DNA of 64,000 bases from Paecilomyces variotii (Eukaryota). Positions 1-12,252 of the stretch are shown here, one piece after another (the first letter of the stretch is position 1; each line of letters opens with the position of its first letter). The notes beneath the pieces are model-generated. The model was not told the origin of the DNA. It did not search any database and saw only the letters and a list, made by a program, of their open reading frames with translations. Made by a program: the position numbers and the translations under genes. Where the stretch lies: assembly GCA_004022145.1 (NCBI GenBank), contig RCNU01000003.1; one strand, written 5' to 3'.

Positions 1-1313
1 TGGCTAACCATGGAGACATCTCCAGCAGTGGGATGAGCAAAGTCAAGGTCCAGCTGAATTCCAAGTCTGGATCCTGATGGAGGAAAGTCTCCCATCAGCT
101 GTAGGTTCACCTCGAGGAGAATGATATCGCAGTCCAGGGGACCGTTGATGTCATCAATTAAAGAGGCAAGGTGAGGAAAAGACTCCCGCCATCCGATGAG
201 ATTCTCCAAGGGCATAGGCAGCGTTGCTGGGCGGTGCTGGTCTCCCTGGAGGCGGGTGTACACATGCAAGGCCTTGTCGATGCGGTTTGCCTGCTGAGGG
301 GCACTCACCCACATGTCGAAGTTGAATGCATGGATCAAGTGAGTGTTGGCATCATGGATATTAGATCCAAGGGTGAGGTGCGGCGGCGGTAGCTCCCCGC
401 TGTAAGGCTGCACCGCACCGGCGTGGTCATGGTAGGTAGATGGAAGGTGAGCACTATAGCTTCTCGGTATTTGGTGGTCAAAGGAGCTCCTATACTGCGG
501 ACCACTGGTCTGCGGTTGGCTGCCAGAGCCCTCTGGCTTTTCGCGGACGAGCCTCTCCCCTATACGTCTAATGTTAGCGTTCTGTCATCTCCGCACCATA
601 TATGTATGTACATGGTGCTAATATGCATTGACTTACATTCAGGGTCGCCCTTGAGGAAGGAATCCAACACCTGGAGGTGACTGGACACTTGCTTCCTTGT
701 TCTTCTCTTACCGGTCAAGCGATAGATGTACTCCGCAATGAGTTCATTACGGCCATATGACTTTCCACGCTCCGACCACTTTCTTCGACCCATAGGAGGG
801 TTGGCCTCCAACGCTATATCACATTGTTAGTATAGGAGCTAATGCCAAGAGTGAGGGGAATATCTAACCCTGCTGGAAGGCATCTTCCAAAGCATCAGAC
901 CAGACAGGCTCGCCATCTTTGCCTGTATCCCGTCGAGGTCTTGCCCGGTATTCAAGATACTTCTGGGACTTCAGGTAGCTCCTCTTCCGGGAACCGTTGG
1001 ACGTCGGCAGAGGCGGACCAGCAGACTGCAGTCGTCGAAGCTTCTTCTGCTGCAGACGAGCCGCGAGGGCCTGCTGGCTCAGGTTTGGAGCCGACACTGT
1101 GTGAGGAAGAGGGTGAGGTGGTTGAGGATACTTGTAGGGCAGCTGCTGGACTTGGTCTTCACCACAAGTTACATTGCCGTTTCCAACGTGATCTGAGTAT
1201 AACTGAGCATTACCAGAGGTGTTCTGTAAAGCTCGACCAGAGCCTGCTCCCACACTCTCCAGCGCCGGCGGGTTCTGAGGGAGCATACACCCAGGTTGCC
1301 ACTCGGTAGCCAT
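1..1313 (-). CDS. abaA: TEA/ATTS-domain conidiation transcription factor AbaA; 3' part runs off the window
   Basis: ATG at 1313 (MATEWQP). The TEA domain ...[64 protein letters not shown] is assembled across GT-AG introns at about 868-814 and 636-560. Confidence 0.93.
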
Positions 1314-1341
1314 GGAGCGGACCGGGCAAGAAGCTCTCAGA

Positions 1342-2211
1342 AGAATGGTGAATTCCAGAGAAAAAGGAGAGGACGGACCACAAGTGCCAACGGCCGAGTA
1401 GGGCACGCAAAACACAGGTCACGGAAACAATTCAAGAACGTAAATGCTCGAAGAGAATGTTAGCAGATGGGAAGGAGAATGTGGGAGCAGGCAGCATGGT
1501 GTTTATAGGACCCGATATCTCGCCTGGAGAGGGGGGTGACCGGAGCTCCAACTAGCCTGATAGAACAACTTGATTGTTTAGACACTCCTTCGACAGCAAC
1601 CTCGATGTCCCTGGGCGGGACCGTGTCGTGATAGTCGCCCATTCGGGAGGGAGGGCGAGGAGAACTGGAGATAGTGGCTGTCCTTGCCGCACCGATTGAG
1701 CTGCGAGGAAAGGGCACGATGTGAACGAGCCAAATTGAAGCAAGGGGTCCACGACCGCACGATCCAGTTAACAAACGCGCGGAGATTTTTGACAGAACAG
1801 AGTTGACGTACAACTGAATGACTAAGGCAGGTACACAATGAGGATGGTGGGTTGGGGTGGCAATTCGATATTGAAGAATGTTAGACGACCAACTGTATCG
1901 CAAACCGCCAGTGCCGAAGAATGTAGAAGTAATGACCAGAAGATTAATTGGAATGTAGGCGGAGGCATAGACCCGTGCTCAGGTTGTCCATCATCTCCGC
2001 TATCCAAGACATAACAACAGAAAAGGTCCTACGGCGCAGGGGAGCTCGAAAGGTATCTAAGGAACGGAATACAAGATGTATCGAAGGAGCTTGTATTTTG
2101 GGGGGTGCACGAGGCCCTTTGCGCCGCGTCCTGTACTGACAGCAGCCCTAAAGCAGGAAGAACGTGTGAGGGCACGGTTATCTAGAGTACTAAGAACGGC
2201 TAAGCAAGGGA
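1342..2211 (-). promoter_or_regulatory. abaA upstream region with AbaA response elements (CATTCY) and BrlA-type elements (MRAGGGR)
   Basis: RGAATG (CATTCY on the gene strand) at 1342, 1454, 1476, 1875, 1918 and 1950. AGAGGGG at 1528, CAAGGGG at 1741, CAAGGGA at 2205. Confidence 0.65.
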
Positions 2212-2259
2212 TGACAGCACGACCGCCATAGCTCTCCCTGTCAACAGGGACACAGGGAC

Positions 2260-5185
2260 TTAGCTTTCCTCCTCGTCCTGGGCCCCTACAGTGAATTTCT
2301 TTCGGCCCGTTCCAGTAAGCTTTTGGATCCTGACCCTGTCCACCTGCTCCCCCACCTTTTTCTCGATCTTTTGGATCTCCGCCTCGGGATCGACAGCCTC
2401 CTCGGACGCGAACTCCAGGACTAAGCGCCTGCCAAGAAGATGCGTGTTCTTCAACGCGTCCATAGCGTTTTCTGCTTCGCGAGCACTGACAAAATCAGCG
2501 AACGCGAAACCACGAGCACTGTGGTCGAACTTCTTGGGAACCCGCACAGAGCGCAGCTGTCCGTACGCTCCAAAGAGCGATCTGACATCCTTTTTCGTTG
2601 CCTGGAACGGCAGGTTCTTAATGATAATCTTCGTCCTGCGTGCCGCAATCTTCTTTGCAGTGTCTTCGCGTCTCCGCTCTTCCGCAGCATCCATGCCCTT
2701 GTGAGATGCTTTGATGACGAGCTCATGCTGATCTAGCTTATAGCCATTCATAGCAGCCAGTGCTGCTTGGGCTTGCGCACTAGTCCTAAACTCGACAAAG
2801 CCGAATCCCATGCTGAGAGTCTGGCCAGGGCGTTTCGGGTCAGGTTTGGTTTTGACCTTAGCGGATAAGAAGCCATCCAATGGTTGGAATACTTCGGTTA
2901 ACCGCGCATTGGTCGTTGCGAAGTTCAAGTTGCGTACGAAGAGGGTTGATGTCAGAAGTTGATCCTGAGTATCCTCTGCCGCAAATGTATCGGCCGTTGA
3001 GAAGCCTTGAGACACAGCCTTCGCCTCCAGCACTGACTGCTGCGGAGCGGACGTGCTATCAAAGAGATCTTTAGGCGCTCGCTCCAGGAACAGGATTGAA
3101 TCTCCCAACTTGCGATACGCAAGACCTTTGAAGGCTTTTTGGGCTTCATCTGGTTGTGAAAATTCCACAATTGCTATAGTGCCACTGGGGGGCATTAGCA
3201 GCCTAGTGAGCTGACCATACTGTTCAAATAGCTTTCTCAGATCGGCCGCCTTGACTCCGAAGGAGAAATTCTTTACGAGTATGGCGGTGTTCCCACGCTC
3301 TTTTTGCTTGAAAGCATCGAGGTTGACCCCATTAGAAGAGAAGTACGCCTTGGTCTCCTGGATCACATGAGTCTCCGCATGAGCCTGCTTGATCGCAGCG
3401 TCCGCAGAGGTCGGATCCAGAAGCTCGGCTTTGGAGACTCCAAGTCTCTCCGCCACGGAAGACATAACAGCATCGGTCTGCTTTCAGTCAGCGCGGGCCT
3501 TTTGCTGACCAGGATTTACCACTGCAACTTACGTTCATATAGAGAGAGTTCCAACTAAACGTCGATGAAGAAGCTTCCATTTTCCGTTTTATCTGTTTTT
3601 GTTTCTTCAAGGGTAACTTGGATAGTTCATATTCATCTATCTTATACGTCTTCTTCGCAGAGGCTGGGAGAATATGAAGCAATCGGCCTTGGAAGGTTTT
3701 CCCGTCCAAAGCTTTATAGGCATCGATGGCCGAGGAAGCATCGACATATTGCACGTAAGCGAATCCTTTACTTGACGTGGAGCGCGTATCGAATGCGACA
3801 TGTATCTAGATAAGTTAGCAGTTGTCTCAAAACTGCATAAAGAAAATTCTTTCAGAAAGTTCAGGAGCTCTTCAGATATAAAGAAGCATCTACTAAATAC
3901 CCTTTCCTGGTCACATCAAGTGCTTTGCATCAGATGTCCCTATCAGGATGATCATCACGAGAGCGTCCGATCTTTCCTCGTTTATAAGAGGATAGAAAGT
4001 GTTGATTTGTGTTATAGAAGAAAAAGTCACTCACCTCTTCAGTTTTTCCAAACGGCGAAAAAATGGGGTCGAGATCTGCTTCCGTCGCATCGTACGGCAA
4101 ATTCCGTACAAACAAGCGAGCAGAATTATTGATAAGCTCAATGTTGGCATCATTTTCTTCCTGCTTCGCTGCCACATCTGCATCTGCATCCGCATTCGCT
4201 GTGGGGATCGGAGTCGTTTTATCGAGTGCAACTCCCCCCGACTGAGGACCATCGTCATCGTCATCGTCATCCTCCACTGGTTCGAAGCGACTCGAAGGCA
4301 CAGCTGTGTCATGCTCTGCTTGCTCCTCCTCATCAAGGAGCCCGAGCAAACGGCTTGTCTTCGATCGAAGCCAGTCAGCATCTGATTTGGGCTCGGTCTC
4401 CGCAGGCACGTCATCTGCCATGTCCTCGTCTGCTTCACCATCGGCTGTGCGATTAGAAGCTGGCTCCGAGACGACAGCATGTTGTACGTGTTCCTGGACA
4501 GGCGCTTTATGTTCGCTAGGTACTGCAGTCTCAACCTTGGTCTTCTTCCTCTGGGCCTGACCCACATCCTCGACAGGCTGCTCGACACCTACAGACTGTC
4601 CATTGGCGTTGACTGATGTAAGCGTTTCAGCTATAATATCATCATTCGCCCACGTTCTCTTCTTAGTGTTTTGAGTGAGAGATAGATATTCCTGTAATTT
4701 AGTATCTTCCTGGGTGTTATTCTCATCACGTTTGCGCTTGAGCGAATTGGCAGCAAGAGATTCATCCGGCTTTGATCTTTTCTTAGCCTTCTCAGCCGCC
4801 GCCTGGGCGGTCTGAGTATTATCTGATTTAACCTATAGATGTACTGGTCAGTTTCAGGACCACTTAAGACTGGTCAGCCTCGACAACGGTCAAGAAAAGG
4901 GGAAAAATAAATAATAGAAATTTTTGCGACATTGTAAAGCGGACAGCGAACACTTACTGGACGAGCAATCTCTACTGAGATCTTGGACATCCTTATGAAT
5001 GTTCTATTAAAGTAATCAGCGGCTTGCTTTGCCGCCTCAGCATTTTTGAAGCCCACAAAGCCGATCCTGCGCTTTGGAATGACATGAGCATCAGTCACAG
5101 TGAACCGGCTGGAAAAGTGCTTCCCCAAATCCTCATTGGAGAGGGTTGGTGGAAGACCAGAGACGAACACTCTCGTGTTCTCCAT
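2260..5185 (-). CDS. MRD1: Multiple RRM-domain pre-rRNA processing protein Mrd1/RBM19
   Basis: ATG at 5185 (MENTRVFVSGLP). Five RRM segments with RNP motifs (RIGFVGF, RLFVRNLPY, ILVKNF, MGFGFVEF, RGFAFADF). Introns at about 4957-4833, 4032-3807 and 3533-3478. Stop at 2260. Confidence 0.93.
3867..3964 (-). ncRNA. Intronic box C/D snoRNA, snR64/SNORD74-like (predicted guide for the 25S rRNA Cm equivalent to yeast C2337)
   Basis: Minus strand: terminal stem GCTCT/AGAGC, box C GTGATGA (3958-3952), guide GATAGGGACA (3944-3935), box D' CTGA (3933-3930), C'-like TTGATG, box D CTGA (3875-3872). It lies in the unusually long (about 226 nt) second MRD1 intron. Confidence 0.85.
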
Positions 5186-5528
5186 GGTGTTTGTTTGACA
5201 CAGCAACTGACGATGCAGTGTTGTGGGATTTGGAAGTAAATCAGAAAAAGAAAAAGAAGAAGAAAGAGGAAAAAAGAAAGCGGATGCTTTTTTTACTTTT
5301 TTTTTCTGCACTTTACCATGAAGGCGGTGAGCGTACTCGAGTTGGTCCGTGCATGGAAGATGTCTCCGGTGCGCGCTGAGTCCCCGGATCGATCGAGATG
5401 GAACAACAAAGCCTACGATCTCCGGGGTGCCCTCTACATAAAAGCCTGCCCATATCCATAGTCTGGAAACCGGTCGCATCGTACTTTCCCGTCCGATATT
5501 TCAGTTGCGTGGCATATACTTCGACAAA

Positions 5529-6170
5529 ATGGCCGCCGAAAAGCGTGAGAAGCTCGAAGGTAAGCTCCAGTACTCAACTCCTTTTTCTCGAGGATACAGC
5601 TAATCAAGGACATTTCCAGCCCAGATTAAGTCTGTGGACATGGTAGGTACCTGCGATCGCGGCGTTTCTTTCAGGCGAATGAAGACTGATTTCTGGTTTC
5701 TTTTTCTAGACCGAGGACATGCAGCAGGAGGCTATTGAAGTTGGTACGGCTTCCCCGCACCCACATTAGGCGTCGAAGCAAATATACTGATAATTTCCAG
5801 CGACTGAGGCCATGGACAAGTTTCACATTGAAAAGGTAATAATACCGGGGAAAATCTGTGCTCGAATCCGACTAATTCTTCCCATCAGGATATTGCGCAG
5901 TACATCAAGAAAGAGGTATGCGACCTCGCAAGTTCCGAAATTGGTCCATTTTTTGTTGACGTCGTCTACAGTTCGACTCTCGCAAGGGCGCTACATGGCA
6001 CTGCATAGTAGGACGGAACTTTGGCAGCTTCGTCACTCACGGTAAGCGAATCTCCCATCTGTGGCCTACAGAGTTCCCTTCGCTCACGAAGTATACTATC
6101 TGCAGAGACGAAGCACTTTATCTACTTTTACCTCGGTCACTGCGCGATCCTCCTCTTCAAGACTCAATAA
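5529..6170 (+). CDS. nudG: Cytoplasmic dynein light chain LC8 (7 exons)
   Basis: Splicing at six GT-AG introns gives [94 protein letters not shown]. Confidence 0.95.
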
Positions 6171-7310
6171 ATTTACCCCTAAAATCTACCTTCTTTTTTT
6201 TGATGACTCGAACATGAGACCTGGTGGTTTCAGTCCCAGTGAATGGGACCTTGTATTCCGAGTGATGTATTAATGCACTGTAACTTTTTGTTTTTTGTTA
6301 TCACAAAATTTAGCTCCGCACACATTGCTCAATGGTATTTCATATCTCTCCCGACGTCTGGCGGTTTAAGAGGGAAATGGTTATGCTAAGGGTCGTCCTC
6401 AGACAGTTGGAAGTTTCAGCTGTGGATCTGATGTTGTGCAGCAGGGGGCTTCTAATGAAAATGAAGTATTTCTGTAGGAGCATCTGGTAGATACACGTCT
6501 GGAGCAGCTACGAGGGTTCGAATAAAATAAACTATGCAATTATAATGCTATTAAGACAATGATTGCCGTAGTGATTTGGTATGCGTGACCTCGATGGACA
6601 CAAAATTAGAGGATGAAGCATGGGAGTCCTCCTTGAAGGTGTTTTTGCGAGTATAGTGCCGGTATGGGAGTTCTATTTCGTGCCCTTGACCCGCAACAGC
6701 GCTCATCCAGGTGGCGCTCGAATATATATAGACACGTGCTTGACAAATTCGAGATGCACTTGCTCTTGAATTACTAGGCCATGATTCTTAGCGAAGCAGA
6801 TAAATTCTATGAGAAAGCCCTCAGCTTGGATGATTATGACTTAGAAACGTCCGTAACTTTTATTCTCCCAATTTCTGCTTGCAAGCAAGTTGATCGCGAG
6901 ATAAATACTTAGTGTCCGTACCCGGTTGGCAGACGACCAACTAGGTGTGTGTTTATGTATCAACTGTAATGACAGAACCGTTTTAGTTAGGCATAAACAT
7001 CTCTTGCAGTATTAATAGCCTTCTATGGTCATAGCTCCTGAAGAAATTGAACCGTTGATGGGTTCCTGTCGACAACGCCATGATCTGCGGAAGAAGCGCT
7101 CAGAATGAGCACGGCCGTTGCCGTTGCTTGACATCGCCAAGCCACAGCGCCACCATCGCTTCCGCGTCTTGTCTTCGCGTTATCCCCCTAAGAGCCTGCT
7201 TCGCAGATATTTCTTCTTGCGTTCCGAGACAGATAAGATGCTTTGATCAATATACTCAGACATACGACTGCACCTCGCTTCTGACCCGAGAAAAAGTGAT
7301 CGAAACAATC

Positions 7311-8168
7311 ATGGCGATCTGTATCACGTTTGGAATGCAGGGTACGGTTCCGCAGTAGCCACACCGACTGAATGACTCCGAAAGAAGCATAGACATGAAT
7401 CGAGCTAATTACTTCTACAGAGTTTACCTCCAGACTGCAGGGTTACGAGAATGTCAGAGCGTATTGCTATAACTGCAAGTGCCCGGTTTATCCAGCTCAC
7501 AGAACGGCTAAGTAATTACTGGTAACTGAACACGAGACTAACCGATGTTCGCTCCGCAGGCCAACATTGGGATGCCTACTGTATCACCAGATGGTAAGTG
7601 ATATATTCTTCCCTGGCTGAAAATTTATCCATTACAATCTGTTAGTATTGGAAACTGACAACCTCTAGGCCTTGGTTCACAGTCTGCTTCATTGTACGGC
7701 CCCCTTGGCGTTTGTTGCTGCGCCTCTGAACGTCTCGTATATTCTAACTGATTCGCGTCACATAGCCTGTCATTCCACTCGCTTTCCACAAGTATAAGGT
7801 CAGCCTCCCTTCTCATGCAGATCTGGTACGAGATCTTGCTAATACCACCGCAGGAAGTCACGTGCGCTAGATGTCGCTTTACTCAAGACCTTAGGTATGA
7901 AACCATCTTTCCATTGGCAGGAATTTGGAACCAAGGAACACAGTCGATAATCCAGGATATACCTAAGGATCAATCTAACATCAGATCCAACAGGGATCGG
8001 CCCGACATAACTCCACAAACAGCCCCTCCGCCTGGGTACGTCTATTATCCCCCCATGGCGCCGGGAGCGATGGGAACTATGGGACCTCCTGGGCCTCCTG
8101 GGCCTCCTCCAGCCGCAAGTGGTGCCATTCCACCTCCACAACCTGCAGCCCAGAAGAGGTACGCTTGA
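7311..8168 (+). CDS. Small zinc-ribbon (CxxC...CxxC) protein with Pro-rich tail, 7 exons, one GC-AG intron
   Basis: Spliced reading: MAICITFGMQEFTSRLQGYENVRAYCYNCQHWDAYCITRWPWFTVCFIPVIPLAFHKYKEVTCARCRFTQDLRDRPDITPQTAPPPGY...QKRYA*. Confidence 0.8.
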
Positions 8169-9590
8169 TACGAATGTAAACATAAGCATGGAACGGACGG
8201 GGTATTATCGCTTGTGTCGCTTTATGGTGTTTCCGTTATGCCGCTCTGTTATCTTCCTTCTATATTCCCGCGCGGGGACAAATTAGACGCCCGACAGCTA
8301 CTCTGACATGATATTTTTCTCCTTACCGCAGAACCTGACTATGTAGAATATTGCAAGTTATATTTTATTGGTCCACCCTCTCATTACTGATTTAGTCTAT
8401 AACAGCCACTCCTCCTTTCTCTATATTCCTTTTTAGACGCCGTAGCCCACCACTTGCCATGGCCCAGACAAGATATCTTTCATTGAACTGTCTGACTAGC
8501 AAGGACTAATATCAAATCTAACTACCCCATCCAAAGAAATCTTCGATTTTCCATACCCCGGCGCAGAACGAAATCGAACACTTACTGACTATCCCATTTG
8601 TGGATATCCTGCTCCCAATCTCCGCGCGAGTGAAGACTACTGCCACCCCAGTCTTCAGGGCATCAAGTGAAGCATATATTCAGTCACTGGACTGAACAAT
8701 GTATTCAGGGAAGCGCTCACTAGAGGTAAGTGTGATAGTATGTCATCAAGATTACGGCCCCAATAGCCGAGATCAAAAATTCACCGCGGCAATTCCCATA
8801 TTACTCCTATCCTACAGGAACAAACGTTCACTGCTCTGACAATCCATCAATGGAAACGATGAAGGGACCTTACCCCTCTTTTCTCTACTTATTTATCTCC
8901 TCCCTCGAATTCCACATTGTACTGTAGCTCTTTCCCCGAAGCTGAACCGTAGTCTTTACGGGATATAAAGCTAAATAATAATTTCCATTCTCGAGTTTTG
9001 ATATGAGAAATTTTTAGTATACATATACATGGCTCCGAACAAACCCGCTATGCACGTATCAAGGATAAATTTGGTCTTACTCCCAGCGACGTAAGTATCA
9101 CTACCTTTACCTGGAGAATAAGAGCACGGGTTGTCCTTGCATACCAGGACGGAAATTTAGAACTGACATACGGTATAATAGTGGGCATTCGTCATAGAGA
9201 GAAAAAAAAAGAAATTGAGGACAAGTTTGAGAAAATAAAGTGGCCCATGACCACCAAATGGCTCCGCAATGACTTAGTTCCACAGAACGCACAAATCTAC
9301 GACTCGTCCTAGCCAGCCAGTACATCCAGCGCTTCGACCTGGACATACTGCACAAGCCTGGGAAGGCGAACACAGTTCCGGATGCACTTCGGCCCGGACT
9401 CTACAGCCCTTGGTGTGCTGCTGCCAAACGCAGATGAAGAGACTGCAAAAATTTGCCCTCGGAAACTGTTTGCCCGTATCTATATGGAAGACTTGTCTAA
9501 CATCCAAAGATCATCAGTCCCTATAAGGACCAGAAATACCTTGTCGACGAAGTACTCCAAGACGCAAACCTGCGTTGTCGCGACAATCTG

Positions 9591-9778
9591 ACTGTAGATG
9601 CCTGCCAGGGTTCGGAGGCAAACTTTGTCATCTTCCTGATGACCAAGCCGTCGGATCTAACTAAATGGGAGGAAGTGCGGGCTTCGTGGCGGATAGCCAA
9701 CGACTGAATGTTGCGTTGAGCCGCGCTAGGAAAGTCCTGATTATCGTTGGCAATCTCGATGTCTGGAATAAGAAGTGA
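9591..9778 (+). pseudogene. Relic of the C-terminus of an Upf1/Nam7/Dna2-like SF1 helicase (AAA_12)
   Basis: TVDACQGSEANFVIFLMTKP (motif V), then after a frameshift GFVADSQRLNVALSRARKVLIIVGNL (motif VI), then a stop. No intact upstream helicase ORF. Confidence 0.8.
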
Positions 9779-10471
9779 ATACGCAGACTCGACTCGTTTC
9801 CTGGTGTCACCAGTGGATTTAAATAATCTTTGCATGGCCTATCTTATTTATGTTTTCTTATGACAGGACAGGACACAAAGATGTCCAAGCTAACATTGAC
9901 TTATATCTAGAACATTACATTATTGGACCTGGTTATTCTTGCCATATGGACTCCTATACCGCCCCTGCCTCAAAGAGAGTCTTTGTCAAATATACAAAGC
10001 GGTCTCCGGTTCCGAGCTTCACAACCAGCTTCTTATCTGAGAGAAGCGAACAAAGATCGAAGCGAGGTCGACGTTGAGAGTTGATCGCCAAATTCCGCAC
10101 TCTATAACCGCTGGCGATCAACAGTTGTTTGGAAACGATACCTACCGACCGGCACCTTCTCAAAAGGCTATGCACTATGTAGAAGAAGATAAACGACTTA
10201 AGGAGAATTGCAAAGTCGAACGCGAAGAGTTCCAAGAACATAATATCCTGCTTCTCCCATCCACATTGCTTTTGATATCTTCGAGCTAGCTCATCTCCCA
10301 CTTTAACAATCTCCAGCATCTGTCATTGTCATGGACCAGGCTGCTTTTACTTCTTCTACCCCCGTAAGTACTGATTTCTAAAATGTTATAATATTATATC
10401 TTATTAACTAATGATATTAGGATCTCTGCGAGATTGGCACGGCAGTCATAATACAAGCTGTTATTAAATTC

Positions 10472-11092
10472 ATGCGCCAGCACCCTACCAGATACGGCGA
10501 CTTGCGTCCTCATACTATTATTTGGGGCCATAGAGATAGTCCTGAAGACCGCATCTATGCTCTCGAGGAAGCGTTTAAAGCCTTGAGAGAGGAGAATCAG
10601 AGACTCTCTGAGTTGAACTCACGCCTCACATGCGATCTCGAGAACCTAACCACCCGGGTCAGGGAGATTGAGGAGAGGCCAGTCACCGATGACCCCCGTT
10701 GGCACAGACTCGCTTTGTCTTTGCAGTCTCACTCAAGTAGAAGTGAGCCAATAGCGGAATTGGACACCCACATAAGCAACAAGCTATGGGTCGTCTACAA
10801 AGGCCTTAATAACATCATAAAAATCGACGATGGTCCCTTAGTAATTGAATTCGACAAGTTACTCCTACGCTCACCAAGTACCCCAAGGGAAAAGAATGTA
10901 GAACTGGGAAATCTGGGGTCGCAACATCTTGCAACTTCAATACGGTCTGCACAGGGCTTTTATAACGATGAAAGAATAAACACGGGTCAGTCCAGTGGGC
11001 GGAATATCAGGGCTGAACAACAAGCATGGTCCGAGGCATATGGGGAAAGTCAGCCATGGGTTGAAGACATATGTGAGACTCATCTTTCTTAA
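10472..11092 (+). pseudogene. Probable chimeric or decayed gene: coiled-coil segment joined to the C-terminal piece of a PD-(D/E)xK-like nuclease
   Basis: The segment at 10790-10972 matches the C-terminus of the 19539-20387 protein at 35 of 61 residues without gaps (manual alignment). The catalytic core is absent. An intron-like stretch lies upstream at about 10364-10420. Confidence 0.55.
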
Positions 11093-12252
11093 TCATGACC
11101 ACTAAGATATTTTACAGGGTCTATGATCTGTGGCTTCCTGATTGCTTCTTCTAATAGCTTCCAACTCCTTAAATCATCGTTGAGATCAGTGACAACTGTT
11201 CAAACACGGAAACGAGTCGAGAAAGGGAAGAAGAATCACCGAGCTACTCGTTGTAACCCCTCAGAAACACGGGTCAGATGCATCTTCTGGATCTCACAAG
11301 GGGAAGATCACCTCGGGATAAAGTCACGCTGCGGCTTGGAGACAGAGAATGGAAAAGAAAATGGGGAGCATTTCCATCATACGATACGGCTCGAATCTTT
11401 GGGAAAGTATGGTCGAGAATGCGGCAGTTCTCAGTGGTAGTGTTGGAACCATAGACGACTGAATTTACTTTCTCAATTAACGCCGTTGCTTTCAGAGAAT
11501 GCGGATTTGATCAAACTTGGCATTTGATAAGGCTGAAGCCTGTGTGCGAATATCACCAGCGGAATCTAGGGCAGTGTTCGATGGTCGTCTTACAAATAGA
11601 TGAAGGTCTAAGACCATGATTCTCAATAACTTTTGGCTGGAACCACAAGGGTCTAAGACGCATTACTAGGAACATCTAATGAGCTAGACGACTATCTAAT
11701 TACATGTGATGCAATGGTTGAGATATGATGCATGCGCCGTAGATCATGCAATAATAAGCGTGTCATCTTAAGAGTTACCGGAGTGGCCTGACGGGGGTTC
11801 CTCGGCATAAGAAGAATAGATATCGGATGGATGGATAATATCCCAACGTCCATTGGTGCGATTCTAGGGATTATCACTAGAGGTCTTGTGTAGTTCTTTG
11901 CGCCAACAACGTTCGAATAAAGTTCCGAGCTATCTGTAAGCAGGGCAAGCTGTCATAGAGCTACCTGCATTGGGCCCGGTATTTAGACAACGTGGGTTTC
12001 GGCCGAATGCCGGTTTATACTCCGTACTCCGTAGTTTGCGTATTTCCGATCTACAGTAGTGACCCAGAAAAACGGTGATCCAGTGTTAGAGAGTGGATCT
12101 ATGAGAAAAGAGATGGTGTGGACGAGGGATCTGGAAGCGGGTGTCCCTTAACGCTAAATACTGATCCAAAACTTTAGACCATCGTCAACTAGCAGGCATT
12201 ATTAATCCATCATCCAGTCTAACCGGCTCTTGTGCCTGGATAGTCTGCCGAA

